Shown one piece after another: positions 1 to 21,645 of a DNA stretch of 64,000 nucleotides (position 1 is the stretch's first letter; the number at the start of each line of letters is the position of its first letter). The notes under the pieces were generated by a model. The model was not told the DNA's origin. It did no database searches and worked only from the letters and a program-made list of their open reading frames with translations. Source of the stretch: Salpingoeca rosetta. Its lineage: Eukaryota; Protista; Choanoflagellata. The translations under genes were made by a program, and so were the position numbers. The stretch is from assembly GCA_033442325.1 (NCBI GenBank), contig JAWQFM010000029.1:806848-870847 (forward strand), read 5' to 3'.

Positions 1-238
1 TTCACGTCTCGTTATTTTGTTTGAGTATCAGTTCTCTTATCTCCATATGTATATGTGTGTGTATGCGCACCAGGGTAGTTCTTTTTCGCTTAGCGCTGTT
101 CCGTATTCAGTGTTGTATCGAGCGTAACCTGGCCGTGTGTGTGTGTGTGTGTGTCATGAAGTGAGGAGTGGTACATGGTGAATTGAAGGCGTGAAGCAAC
201 CGTACAAGCACACACACACAGATCAACACAGACACACA

Positions 239-276
<38 letters not shown>

Positions 277-298
277 CACACACACACACACGCACACA

Positions 299-351
<53 letters not shown>

Positions 352-676
352 CTGCGTTCTTGGGCATCACCTGTTCTGCGTGTTCGCGCGCACTGATAAC
401 AAAACGAGTTGAAGGACGGCGTTGACCTGTCGTCGCAGCATTGGGAGGGGCGTGGAGTGGAGTGGTGGTAAGATGGATGCAGACGGTAAATGATAGCATT
501 CACACATGCACACCTGCACACAACGCACGCATGCACACTACATACTGCTTGCTCTGCGCTTGCGGCACTGTTGTCGCCTGCATTCTCGGCAGCTGGAAAG
601 ACATCGCAAGGACAACGTCAAGTGGATATCAGCAAGAAGCAAATCGCGACGGTGGTGGTGGTGCGCACAACGGACC

Positions 677-887
<211 letters not shown>

Positions 888-1188
888 AGCTACATCATGG
901 CCTCACACACAACACAACACAACACAACACAACACAACACACACCTCGATGTGGACATCACAGCACTACAGCATGCTTCGGCCTGCCGCTCTGCGTGCAT
1001 GCGCATGCCCTTCCGCAACAGTCAGTAGGACAGTCAGTCATGCCATTGCCGGCCGGCCAGTCAGTGGGTGTGTGTGCGTGAATGCGTCCACTGCCACAAC
1101 TGTTCCGCTTTTCAACCTCCACTTGTTTTGATATGCATATTTTCTCTCTTCGTAGCACAACAGCAAGAGTTGAGAAGCTCGCAGCTGC

Positions 1189-1271
1189 GATCAGGTGGCC
1201 GAGTTGGTCTAAGGCGTGCGGTTAAGGCCCGCATCTCTTCGGAGGCGCGAGTTCGAATCTCGTCCTGATCA
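1189..1271 (+). tRNA. tRNA-Leu, anticodon AAG
   Basis: Acceptor stem GATCAGG/CCTGATC plus discriminator A; D-arm with TGGCCGAGTTGG (A box); anticodon stem TGCGG/CCGCA with loop TTAAGGC; long variable arm CTC-TTCG-GAG; T loop GTTCGAATC; no intron. Confidence 0.95.
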
Positions 1272-1280
1272 AATCTCTTC

Positions 1281-1292
1281 TTTTTTTTTTTT
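1281..1292 (+). terminator. RNA polymerase III oligo-T terminator of the tRNA gene
   Basis: T12 run about 10 nt downstream of the tRNA 3' end. Confidence 0.8.
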
Positions 1293-1631
1293 CAATTTCT
1301 CCTCCCGCTTTGGCCCTCTCTTCCTCTCGCCCACTTGCCACGCTGATTCCTGGCTTGCTTGCTTGCTCTTTTGTCGCCCCCCCCCCCTTTGTTGTTTCAT
1401 TCTCATGTCAACCACAGTCATTGTACAGCGTCAACCATGCGTTCACTTTGTGATTGATGTTTTCTTTTTTACTCCCTCAAACAAAGACACACATCTCCTC
1501 GCAACACCTCCAGTCCTTCCATCTCCACCTTCAGCCCTTCCATCCTTCCACCTCCCTCTCCTTTTCTCCTCCCTCTCCTTTTCTCCTCCCACCACCTCCC
1601 CCCCCCCCACACACACACACATACACACACA

Positions 1632-3678
1632 CTAGAAGAGCGGTGCGTCGTCTGCCCCATCGCTCGCATCGCCAAACTCAGACGACGCAGCAAACGGATC
1701 AAACTCCCCGCCCCCAGTGCCGTCACTGCTGCTGCTTGACATAAACAGGGTCCCATGTCCCTGCCCCTGGCGGTGGTCGCCTTGCTGCTGTTGCTGCTGC
1801 TGGTGGTGCTGTTGGTGCTGTTGTAAGGCGGGCTGGCTCGGCGTGTCGTCAAAGGCAAACGAGAAATCGGCACCCATGTCGTTGTGATGGCCAAACGAGG
1901 CGACGGAGAACGGCTGAGACGGTGTTGGAGCTGTATTCAGCAGGGCCGGGGTGCTTGGGCTCCAGACCATGGCGTCATGTTGCTGCTGCTGCCGGTGGTG
2001 TGGTGGTGGTGTGTTGATGTGATGGTGTTGATGGTGATGTGGTGTGGTGGTGTGGAGTGATGATGGTGGTGATGGTGGTGGTGATGATAGCTGATGATGA
2101 TGATAATGATGCCGCAGATGGTAGTTGCTGTTGCCAGCGGATGTTGTACCTATTGTGTAGTGTACGCTGCGTCTCCGGTAGCACCTCCCCTTTACCAAAA
2201 CAGTCGGAGAAAAANNNNNNNNNNNNNNNNNNNNNNNNNNNNNNNNNNNNNNNNNNNNNNNNNNNNNNNNNNNNNNNNNNNNNNNNNNNNNNNNNNNNNN
2301 NNNNNNNNNNNNNNCATGTGATCTATTCCCTGCCCATACGCCTCGAAAGGCTCCCTCTTTGTATACGGTGGTCTAACGTTCAAACTCACACTGTTGCATA
2401 ACTGTCGATCCCGTCGCATGTTCCTACTTCGCATGAGAATATGGAAGCAGCTCTACTCCGCAGTGATCGACGTCGTCCAACGATCTCCGCGTATCGATTC
2501 TGGAATCTATGCCGCTGGTGGAGTGCTATCCTTTTTTCCTTCTTCTTTCATGATTGCGACCTTATCTTGGGCACCGTAAACCACGCTAAATCTGTATGAC
2601 GTCAACGGTTACTTTCCTGATGTGCGGGGGGGCTTACAGACTCGATCTAGTCTATCCTGCCTGTCATGCTCCTCCTCATCGTCGGCTCCATGTCAATACA
2701 CCACCACACCACAACAACAACACAACAACAACACAACAAACCTCGCAGCAAGGCGGAAAGGGAGCCAAAGAGGCCCGGAATCGAGTCCTTGGGAACAGGC
2801 TCGTCCGCGCCTTTTGTGTTTTCCTTCACAGTGGCATCAACGCCTCCCCTTGCAGGTCATCACAGAACGCCAGCAATGAGCGCGAAGCAGAGCACACCAG
2901 CAGCAACGATAGCAACATTCGCAACACAAGCAGCACAAGCAGCACAAGCCCTTGTCAAAGCGCGCCAACTCACAACGACTCGATGAACCCTTTCAGCGTC
3001 GTCACAATGTCCCCACGCTGCCTCAATACCTGAGCTTGAAGCTCTTGCTTCTGTTGACACAGGCTGTTCACAGCAGACACGACAAAGGGGAGCTCGAGTA
3101 CAGGGAATGCAAGGATGGCTTGAATGTGCTCTATATTTGTTGCTGGGGATGTAGTCAAGGCCCAATACACACCCAGCCCACCCACACACATAGTACACAA
3201 CATACACACACACCTGCCGTGGTGAGCTTGGAGCATGGAGAGTTGGGTGTGGTGTTGCTGCTCGTATGTCTGCAAGCGACCAGCGGCAGCTAGCAGCTGC
3301 GAGTGCTGCGCCTCCAGCAGTTCCAGCTCTTTCTCCATGTCCCCGCATATCTCTGTCAGGTCTGCCACGTCGGCCTCGACCTCCGCACGCCGTTGCTCTG
3401 CAACCCAACGTGCGCAACAACAACAACAACAGCAGCAGCAGCAGCAACAAAAGCAAACAGGCAAGCGGAACATCAGACGAGCGCCTGGGCGAGTACTCGC
3501 GAGACTGCACGCAGGGGACACGTTCATGTGCGCGAAGCAGACTCAGAAGAAGCATCTTGCACGAGTGCACAAGTACAGTCAGGCGCCTTACCCCCCCCTC
3601 TCTCTCTCTGTGTCTGTGTGTCTCTCTATTCTCCCCCATCACACACACAGTACACATACACACATACACACACGCACG

Positions 3679-3755
<77 letters not shown>

Positions 3756-3815
3756 CTTCCCACCTTCTCGGCGAATGCTGAGCAAGAGTTGCTCCTCAAT
3801 GCTCTCTGCAGACAT
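1632..3815 (-). CDS. Hypothetical multi-exon coiled-coil protein, crossing the gap at 2215-2314
   Basis: ATG 3815 MSAESIEEQLLLSIRRE | EQRRAEVEADVADLTEICGDMEKELELLEAQHSQLL... | ATNIEHIQAILAFPVLELPF...KGFIESL (gtgagt donor) | GGVDATVKENTKG...SALLR; phases are consistent if one GC donor is used. The terminal exon ...FDPFAASSEFGDASDGADDAPLF* (stop 1632) lies across the gap, so its linkage is uncertain. Confidence 0.5.
2215..2314. other. Assembly gap (100 N)
   Basis: N run. Confidence 1.
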
Positions 3816-4287
3816 GGCTGGCGCGTGCTGTGTGGTGGTGGGTTGCGAGCGTGTGTGTGTGGGGGGGGGGGGAGGTGAATAGTGTCTGGCCTCTGTCGCT
3901 GCCGAGTGCCTTGCTCACTTGTTGCTGGCTTGGTTGCTGTCAATGACTTTGCTTCTTGCTTCGGTTCTTTGGTTGCCCCCCGCCCTCTCTCTTCTTACAG
4001 TGCGTGCACTATCCCAACACGACAGCTGTCTGTTTTGTCTGTTTTGGCGGGAACACAAACGTCAGCAAATGTGCGGTTAACGCAGAAGAGGGATGTGCGA
4101 CTGTGCAACTGCTCTTAAGGCGCAAACACTGAGGTCTAATGAAAGTTGTGAACGAATGCTGTTGTTTTGGTGTGGAAGACGGCTTTCACCAAATTTCGGC
4201 AGCAAAGTCGAACTGACATCATGGCGCATGACACAACAAAAACACACATCAGTCAGTCTCAGCGGTCTGGAACTGACACCGGCTCAC

Positions 4288-4366
<79 letters not shown>

Positions 4367-4528
4367 ACGCACACATTTTCCTCTCTGCAGTCTCCCTTCA
4401 AGCCTTCAACCACCCACTAACACCAGCACAGCACACTGGAACACCCTCTGCAGCCGGCAGCAACGAATCCGAGGCACTCAGCTCGACACCTCGACACAGC
4501 GTACAACTGCCAAGCTGCAGGCCCAAGA

Positions 4529-5590
4529 ATGCATCGCGCAACTCGAGGGGACTGGCGCAGCACGAGTGAAGACGAGGACAGGGACGCTTCAAGCCGCCCT
4601 CACGCAGGTCATGTTCAGGCAGACCACCGCTTTGCTCGTGGCCATCACCGCCATGACCAGCGTCACCGCCAGCGCCGCTACAACCCGCGGTGGTACACGC
4701 AAAGCAGGCAAAGCGGCGGCAGCAGCAAAAGCGACACCCCAATCCAGGACACGCTGGCGGCCATGAGGCAGGCCGAGGCGGATGCTGATGTGCAGCAGGA
4801 CGGCTGCAAGAGCCTGGGAAGCATTGCGTATCACTGTAACAACATTCACACGCATACGCTCATTGTGAGAGAGGGCGGCATTGAAGCGGTGGTGCGTGCA
4901 ATGCGCAGGCACGCCGACAACGCCAGTGTGCAGTACTTTGGGTGCTCCGTGCTGCAGACGCTGGCCATCAACAGCAAAGACGAGCGGATGATGTCGTTTC
5001 GTCAGAGGCAGCGCAGCAGCTCGAGCGACAACGCAAACAGGGATGCTGCTGCCACCGCTGGTGCTCGTGATGGCGCGTCTGCCGCTGACCCGCGGCAAGC
5101 CATCAGAAACAGGCTGCTGGAACAAGGCGCTGTTGCGCTAGTCGTGACGGCCATGGTCAGGCATCAGCACAACGTGGGCATCCACCGGGCAGCGTGCGCG
5201 GTGCTGAAGGGCCTGACAATTGTTCGCAACACCTTCAGGATCATGGTTGACGCGAGCGCCATCGAGGCTGTTGTTGGTGCAATGAGCCGGTTCGTGGGCG
5301 ACACCGACGTGCAGTGCAGTGGCTGTGCTGTCCTGCGAAACCTGGCTGCGGAAGCGTACAGGCGGCGAGCATCGGATGAACAGCACACGTCGAGCGCACG
5401 CGACAAGGGCGACCAGCACGGTGCTGGTGACGACGATGACGACGACAGCAACGACAGCAACGACAGCAACGACAGCAGCGACAGCAACGATGAAGACGGT
5501 GGGGATAGCAAGGGTGGCGGCAACATTAAAGATACCACCACCACCACCACCACCACCACCAACGATACCACCACCACCACCAACGATACC

Positions 5591-5622
<32 letters not shown>

Positions 5623-7093
5623 CACCACCACCAACAGCACCACCAACGATACCACCACCACAACCAGCAGCGCCGCCACCAACAACGATACCACCACCAC
5701 AACCAGCAGCGCCGCCACCACCAACGATACCACCACCAACAACAACAACAACAACAACAACAACACCACCAACACCACCACCAACGATACCACCACCACA
5801 ACCAGCAGCGCTGCCACCACCACCAGCAGCGCCGCCACCAACAACAGCGGCAGTGACGCGCGCGCTGAAGCCGAGCGACGCATGGTGAGCAGCGGTGGCA
5901 TCGAGGCGCTGGTGCGTGCAATGAACATGCACCCAGACACCAAGAACATTCAGTTCCAAGGGTGTGCGGCGTTGGCCGGCCTGGCAAACCCGTACAGCGA
6001 GGCCTACAAGGAGCAGCACACGGCGCACATTGTCGAGCACGGCGGCATCGAGGCAGTGATCAGGGCAATGGGTAATTACGTGCGAGATGCGCGCGTGCAG
6101 CAGAGCGGGTGCAGTGCGCTGCGCCACATCTCGTACCAGCGCAGGACAGCCCAGAACGCGTTTGCAATCGCGGAGCAGGGCGGCGTCGAGGCTGTGCTGG
6201 TGGCGATGGCGGCGCACCCGGACAACGCCTACGTGCAGCACCAAGGGTGCGCGGCGCTGCAGAAGCTGACCTACTACGAGGACCTTCGGGGGCTGGTGGT
6301 GGCAGCGGACGGCATCGACGCCATCCTGCGGGCCCTCCACCACGAAGACCACAGGCGCAACTCCCGGGTGCAGCAGCAAGGGCTGCGCGCGCTGCGGAAC
6401 CTGGCGCTAGACAGCGACGCCAACCGGCGGGCGATTGTGGACGGTGAGTGCGGTGGCGGTGTGGCGGCCACGCTGCGCGCCATGCAGAAGTTCCAGGATG
6501 CGACGGGCATCCAGGTGCGCGGGTGCAGCCTGATGTGGCAGCTGGCGCACGTGGACCACGCCAAGCACAGGTTCATTGCCAACAAGGGCGTCGACCTTGT
6601 GCTTGGGGCGCTGCAGAAGCAGAAGCACGCGCACGACCCGTATCTGGTGCTTGAGGCGTGCGGTGCGCTGGCCAAGTTTGCGGAGGACGATGCGACTCGT
6701 GCGGACATGGTGAGCAAGGGCGGTGCTGGCATTGTGGCGGCGGCGATGGCGCGGCACGAAAGCAAGGACAACTACAAGGCGCGGCACAGGCGCAAGTGGG
6801 GCTGCGTGGTGTTGTGCACGCTTCTGCGGGCGGGCCGTCGTGAGGACAAGGCGGCGGTTGTTGAAAACGGCGGCGTGGGTGCGGTGCTGTGTGCGATGGA
6901 GGAGCACCCGCACGCCCGTGACCTGCAGCGCAAAGCATGCGAGGTGCTGCTCCTCCTCCTCCTGTGTGCTGATATGGGTGATGTGGCTGAGGATGATGGT
7001 GATGTGAGTGATGGTGATGTTGGTGGGGACGGCGATGGGGATGTTGGTGGGGTGAGTGATGATGGTGGTGTGAGTGATGGGCATGACGATGAC

Positions 7094-7127
<34 letters not shown>

Positions 7128-7321
7128 GTGTGGTGTGTGTTGACGAGGACGATGATGATGGTGTGATGTGTGTTGACGAGGAGATGAAGGAGGCGCTGGT
7201 TGCACACGCCCTCCACGACTGTGCCGTTACGGCGGTGACACGAGCCAAGGTGCAGCACCCGGCGGATGCTGTGCTGCAAGGGATGGTACGCAAGCTGCTG
7301 GCCATTTTGGGCAAAGAGTGA
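4529..7321 (+). CDS. Intronless armadillo-repeat protein (930 aa) with Thr/Asn-rich and Asp-rich inserts
   Basis: Single ORF with true ATG; about a dozen repeats of GGIEAVVRAMxxHxDxxxVQxxGCxALxxLA (LRRK2-N/aardvark-type ARM). Confidence 0.85.
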
Positions 7322-8043
7322 AGAGATTGGCGTGTGTGCGTATGTGTTGAGTGAGTGTGTGTGTGTTGTGTGGACGCGTGTCTTTGTGTTTGTGATTCTG
7401 GCTTGTGCTCGACACTGCACTGTTTGTTGTTGTTGATGATGAAGCTGTGTTCGGTTCCATGCTTGCTTGTGTTACCCTCTGAAAGGATGCCGCTGATACG
7501 GTGTTGGTTGGTGTTGGTGTTGGTGTTGGTGTTGGTGGTGATGTTCGTCCCTTTGTGCGGCGTGTCTGCGCCGTTTATTCCTACATCTCCGCACGTGTTG
7601 ACAGACTGCATAAATGCGTTGCAAAAGACGGGGTGAATCTACTTGCGCGGTGACAAGAGACAGGGAGTTGGGACAAGGGGCAGAGCGGAGACGAAGGGGG
7701 CGGTCGGAGTTGGGAAAGGGAAAACAAGACAAGCGCACACGCGCGCATGTATGTGGCAAACACAGGGCTCCTTCGACTGTAGTTGGTGGCCGTGCGGTGC
7801 TGCAGCAGGTGTAAACATGTGGCGAGGAGCGGTGAGGGAGAAAGGGGGAAAGGAGAAAGGCGCACCTTCGGCACGAGAGCAAGGGGGAGAAGGGTCGTTC
7901 ATGCAAATGCTTACATGCAGAGATACGTGTACACGTAGATAGACAAGCAGATAGAAGGGGTGTTGACGTACATGCACAGACACACAAACAAGACAGAAAG
8001 AGAGACAGAAAGACAGAGAGACAGAAAGACAGACAGACAGACA

Positions 8044-8124
<81 letters not shown>

Positions 8125-8163
8125 ACACCTCCCAATCCTTACCCCTCCCTTTTCCCCAAACAG

Positions 8164-8385
8164 GAGAAGGTCGCGAATGCAATGGACAAGCTGACGGCTG
8201 CACGGCAGATGATGAAGCAGCAAGGCATGGACGAACAGGCCATGTTCCAGCGCGCGTTTCAAATGATGGCGGATCCGCAGTTCCGTGTTTCCGCCCTCCA
8301 AAACATGATGCAACAGCAGCAGCAGCAGGCAAGCAGCAGCAGCACCACCACTGTGCCTCCTTCCACCGAGAAGAAGAGCGAGTGA
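8164..8385 (+). CDS. Terminal exon of a small Met/Gln-rich protein with STI1/DP-like motif
   Basis: cag acceptor at 8161-8163 after (CA)n; EKVANAMDKLTAARQMMKQQGMDEQAMFQRAFQMMADPQFRVSALQNMMQQ...* ; upstream exon not identified. Confidence 0.5.
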   Translation, partial: EKVANAMDKLTAARQMMKQQGMDEQAMFQRAFQMMADPQFRVSALQNMMQQQQQQASSSSTTTVPPSTEKKSE

Positions 8386-9045
8386 TGCCGTGATGGTGTG
8401 TGTGTGTGTTTGTGTGTTTGTGTGTTGAGTTTGTCATTGCTGATCACCGACTGACACGCATTCACCACCGCCAACACAGCCATCATTGCCCCTCAAGCCA
8501 CCACACATCTCGTTCCTCACCCCACCCGACTTTCCTACCAGCAGTGCATGTGCATCAGTGTGCGTTCATTCATTCACATGTGGTCAATAGTGCATACAGT
8601 CCGAAGTAAAGAAGAAAAGAAACGACAAAACAAGTTGGGTGAAAGCTCAAGAAATACATCAACCTCAAATCGCATCATCACACACTGCCAGCGTGTGCAC
8701 GCCGTCAACTTGGGTCAACAGCAGCAACGCCACGACGTGATGTGGCAACAACATACGAAAAATAAATAATACAATCGTAAGGCAAGACGCACGCGCTCGC
8801 ACACAACGTTGGTGTTGTGGGACAAATTGTGTCAAGCGTCACATGAGAGGCACGGCACAGCGGCGCAAGTGGACGAAACAACGAAGAGAAAGCTGTCGTA
8901 ACAATATAGGAGATAGATATGGACAGACATACACAGACACGGACGGACAGACAGACAGACAGACGGACAGACGGGCAGACAGACGGACGGACAGACAGAC
9001 AGACACACACAGACACAGACACACACACGGTCAGAGGCGAAGGAA

Positions 9046-17528
<8,483 letters not shown>

Positions 17529-17944
17529 GCTTGCTCCGTGACGTGGAAGCCGGTCGTGATTGACGTGACAAAGTGATGGTGCTGCCGGTGGGCTATCAGT
17601 GGACTGTGTCGTGTTGGTTTTTGTGCTTCCTGACGTGGTGACACCAGTGTCTGGCCCACAACCTCACTCACTGTTGGATTGCCACACCGCCACCGCCGTT
17701 GGCACTGCAGCACTGACACTGGCGAGGAAAAAAAGGTTGTAGTTTCAAGGTGAGACAAGTCACAAACAGTTGCGAGGAGGTGGGGCACCGAGCAAGCAAG
17801 CGAGCAAGCAAGCAAGGGAGGTCCAGCAAGCCTTCCCTGACACACACCAGCACCACTGCACCACTGCACCACCACCACGCACCCCCAACACACCTTGCCG
17901 CTGGCTGGTGCTGGTTGTGAGGAAAAAGTGCAAGCGAGATAACG

Positions 17945-17983
17945 GACGTCAAATTTGACGTCATCCTGTCAAAATTGACGTGA
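17945..17983. promoter_or_regulatory. Palindromic CRE-like motif cluster in the divergent intergenic region
   Basis: Perfect 18-bp palindrome GACGTCAAATTTGACGTC (17945-17962) overlapping TGACGTCA (17956-17963), then GTCAAAATTGACGTGA. Confidence 0.4.
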
Positions 17984-18167
17984 CTTCGGTGCCGCGAACT
18001 TCGAATTGATGGTGTCAGGCAAAGGCGCGAAGAGAAGGGCGGTTGGTGTGATGTGATGATGCAAACAAAGAAAGAAGGAAAACGATCAAACCACGCACCA
18101 TCCACACCATCCACACCATCCCTCGACGACATTCATCGAACCTGCACACCAAACACACAAAACGACG

Positions 18168-19339
18168 ATGGACGGGGACATGATCGTCGCGCAGCCCAGG
18201 TCTGTCTCTGGTTTCGGCGTATCTTGCTGTGTTTCTTTGCCTTTCCTTCTTTGCCTTGGCTGCTTGCAAACAACAGATACGACGTGTCACATCACACTGT
18301 GCCACAACCACCACACAATCCAACACCTCGCCTCACCCAATCCCACACCTCGCCTCACTCAATCCACGTCTCTCCCTTCTCTGTCTTTCTTTGCAGGCGC
18401 GTGTCGCTTGGGGTGCCGATGCAGGGAGGCGGCGGCAACGACCACCGCCAGCACCGCCACCAGCAGCATCACCACTATGACACCTTGAGTTCGAGGGCTG
18501 GGCATTCGGGGAGCGGGCACCGCAGGTTCAGCAAGCTGGACGATCCGCTCGAGATGCACGCACACGCACATCCAAAGTCCGAGTTTGAGCACTTTGAGAT
18601 GCAGCCCATCCACAAGCAGCCGCGCCTGCAGCAAGGGTTTGGCGCACACATGGCGCTCAGCCACACCAACAGGAAAACTGGCGGCATCTGCAGCTGCGAG
18701 CAGAGCGAGGTCTTCCCAAAGCGATATGAACTCATTGCCGAGTCGGGTACGTCAGCGCGCCAGCGTCATGTCGTTTTGTGTGCGTGCGCTCTGGAGAAGG
18801 GTTGAGGGGTAAAACATCGAGTGCAGGATGCTCGGATGCACACACGCATACACGCACACACGCATACACGCACACACGCATACACGCACACATGCATACA
18901 CGCACACACTCACGTACATATATCAATTTTATTTACACTCGCATACACATCGCATCACACACATACATTGCACACACATTGCACTCACACCCACCACAGG
19001 GGCGGAGTGGTTTGGGCTGCACCAACGGCGTCGGCCGCGCTTTGCGTGCTGGCTTGCAGACTGCCTGCCTGCATGGTGTTCGTTCTGTCCACTGCAGCGG
19101 TCTGTCGAGTTGCATAGACGCCACGACGCGCTGCTTCCAGCGCACGCACGCGGCAGTAGTGGTAGCGGCGGCAGTGGCGGTGCTGCTCGGAGTCGATACA
19201 ATGCGGGGGCGCAGATGCGTGTGGAGGAACAGCCAACCATGACGGTGGATCTTACACCAACGACTTGCATGGTGAGTATCCACGGTGGAGACTGTGTGTG
19301 TGTATGTGTGTGTGTGCATATGTGTGTGTGTATGTGTTT

Positions 19340-19379
<40 letters not shown>

Positions 19380-20315
19380 GGGTGTGTTCACGCGTGTTTC
19401 GAGGAAGGAGAGTGTATGATGATTGTGCGTGTGTGCAAGTGCACATGTGTTTGTGCACATGTGTTTGTGAGCGTTGATCGTGCATGCACCCGCAAAACAG
19501 CACTGTGTTCACGATTACACCGCATTCAACACCACGTTCATACCTCTGCCACTATCACCAGAGCATGCCATGCCTGGATGGCCTTGCGTCACGTGACCGC
19601 GCTGTCCTGTACAAGAACGGCCAAGTTGCCGCCCGCGTGCTCAAGCGCGGTGTCATCAACCACATCACGGCCCCGTGTCGCGTTCGCTGCGGCGGATCAC
19701 AGGTTCGCTGTTGCTTTGGTTTTGGTCGTTGTTTGGAGCATGTGTATTTGTGTATGTGCGTGTATTTATGTGTGTGCGTGTATATGTGTGTGCGTGTATA
19801 TGTGTATGTGTGTGTATGTGCGTCCTTGTTGTTGACGGAGCGTGGAAGAGGCAGTAGTGGAAGTGCTCCGCCAGAGGTCTAATCTCATGTTGTGTTGCCT
19901 GCAGGCAATCTTGTCCGTGGAACCAGTGGGCGACAACACAAAAGGCGTCAGCTCATTCTACATCCCAAGTGGTAAGGCCACCTCTTATGCATGCGTAACA
20001 CTTGCAAGTTGTCCTCTGTGCGTCTCTGTGCCTCGTGTCTCGCTCTGCCACCCTGTCTCCTTCCTTCCATCCATCCTTCCTTTCCATCACACACGTACAT
20101 CCCCCCAACACGATCCGCCCCTCTCCCCCTCTCCTCTGCACAGAGCGACAGTGCTGTCGCGCGTGTGGGTGCTGGCTGCTTGCTCCCCACGCCTGCTGCG
20201 GTCACGACACACGAGCCACGAGTGCTGTGAAGCGGCGGCCAAGTTACGGCAGTCACACCCCGGCACAATTCCTCGTGCTGCCCATCCTCGAAGCAGGAAC
20301 AGGGGTGAGATTCGC

Positions 20316-20346
<31 letters not shown>

Positions 20347-20402
20347 TGTATGTGTGCGTGTGTGTGTGTGTGTGTATGTGTGTGGGTGTGGGTGGGTGTG
20401 TA

Positions 20403-20448
<46 letters not shown>

Positions 20449-20754
20449 TGGGTGTGTGTGGGTGTGTTTGTTTGTGCGCGTGTTTGCGCACGTGGATGAA
20501 AGGCGCACTGTGCGTATTTCGCGCCATCACATCCATCGACAGCGACAAACTTAGCCCTCCTCCCTTTCGCACATTCGTATTTGTCAACAGGAGAAGAGAG
20601 CGTCACTGGTTGTGTCCGGGGATTGGGCACACAGCACACACACGTGCTGCAAGCGCTGCTCTCACCTGGAAGACGACTACGAAGTCCGCGTGGAGTTGAT
20701 TGCATCACAGGACCGCCCGTGCTCTGAACAGGAAGCGTAAGTTTCCCCTGTGTA

Positions 20755-20792
<38 letters not shown>

Positions 20793-21045
20793 TATGTGTT
20801 TGTTTGCGTGTATGGGGGACGAGAATAAGCGTTGCTGTTCGACTATTTTCTTTCTTTCTCTCCCTCATCCTGCCAACCTTACTTTCCCCAAACACATCAC
20901 ATGCACGTGTGTGCTCCACACCAATAGGGAGCTGCTTCTTGCCCTTGCGCTGTACTTTGACGACCGCTGGCTCGTGCCCCACCTCCAGCACCCCCTTGGC
21001 CCCGTCACCATGCCGAAACTCTGCATGAACATCTGTGATGCGTGA
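18168..21045 (+). CDS. Divergent phospholipid scramblase / tubby-C (LURP1) superfamily-like protein
   Basis: About 8 exons with GT-AG sites: [11 protein letters not shown]|RVSLG...[15 protein letters not shown]..|..|[18 protein letters not shown]..|..[20 protein letters not shown]|[14 protein letters not shown]; Cys-Cys motifs and a C-terminal hydrophobic [10 protein letters not shown] helix are scramblase-like. Confidence 0.5.
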
Positions 21046-21561
21046 TGCATGGCATTGCACGTGTTGGTGGACGTCATGTCTGTTCTGTTGCTTGGCGGCA
21101 CTCGTCATTGCAAGATTGTACGCCGCGTGACATGTGCTCTTGTGCTCTGGTTGAAGTCTACGTGTGACTTCATGGGTTGATTGTTTGTTTGCTCCCAAGC
21201 GTATCGGTTGTGGCTGTGGCCTGGTCATGCATGTGTGAGCGAGACTGCTGTCGTGTTCCTGTGCTCCATTCATAACTTTTGTTGATTCCTTCTTCACCTT
21301 CCAGACGTTCTCTCTCTCTCTCTCTTTCTCTGTTTGGCTTGTTGCATTTTGGCTCATGCATCCCCTTGTCGCATGCAACCTTCATCCCATCAGCCACCCT
21401 TCTCATGGCACACGCTCTCTCCTCAATGCACACAGTGCGCCTCATGTTACAGTTAAGTTACAGATGCACTTGGCTTTTGTATTCAAACGCAACACACAAG
21501 AAACGGGAAGAAGAGAGGAGCAGTGGGTGCATGCATGCAAGCAAGTCAGGACACAAGCAAG

Positions 21562-21637
<76 letters not shown>

Positions 21638-21645
21638 GCGTGTGC

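Noticed and set aside
2315-2680. Compositionally odd stretch, possibly foreign DNA or a transposon
   Set aside because: It abuts a gap and has no informative ORF, TIR or LTR; most likely a low-quality read end
5138-7611. Long antisense ORFs over the ARM gene (likewise over the lectin, ATPase and kinesin genes)
   Set aside because: Shadow ORFs caused by GC-rich codon usage
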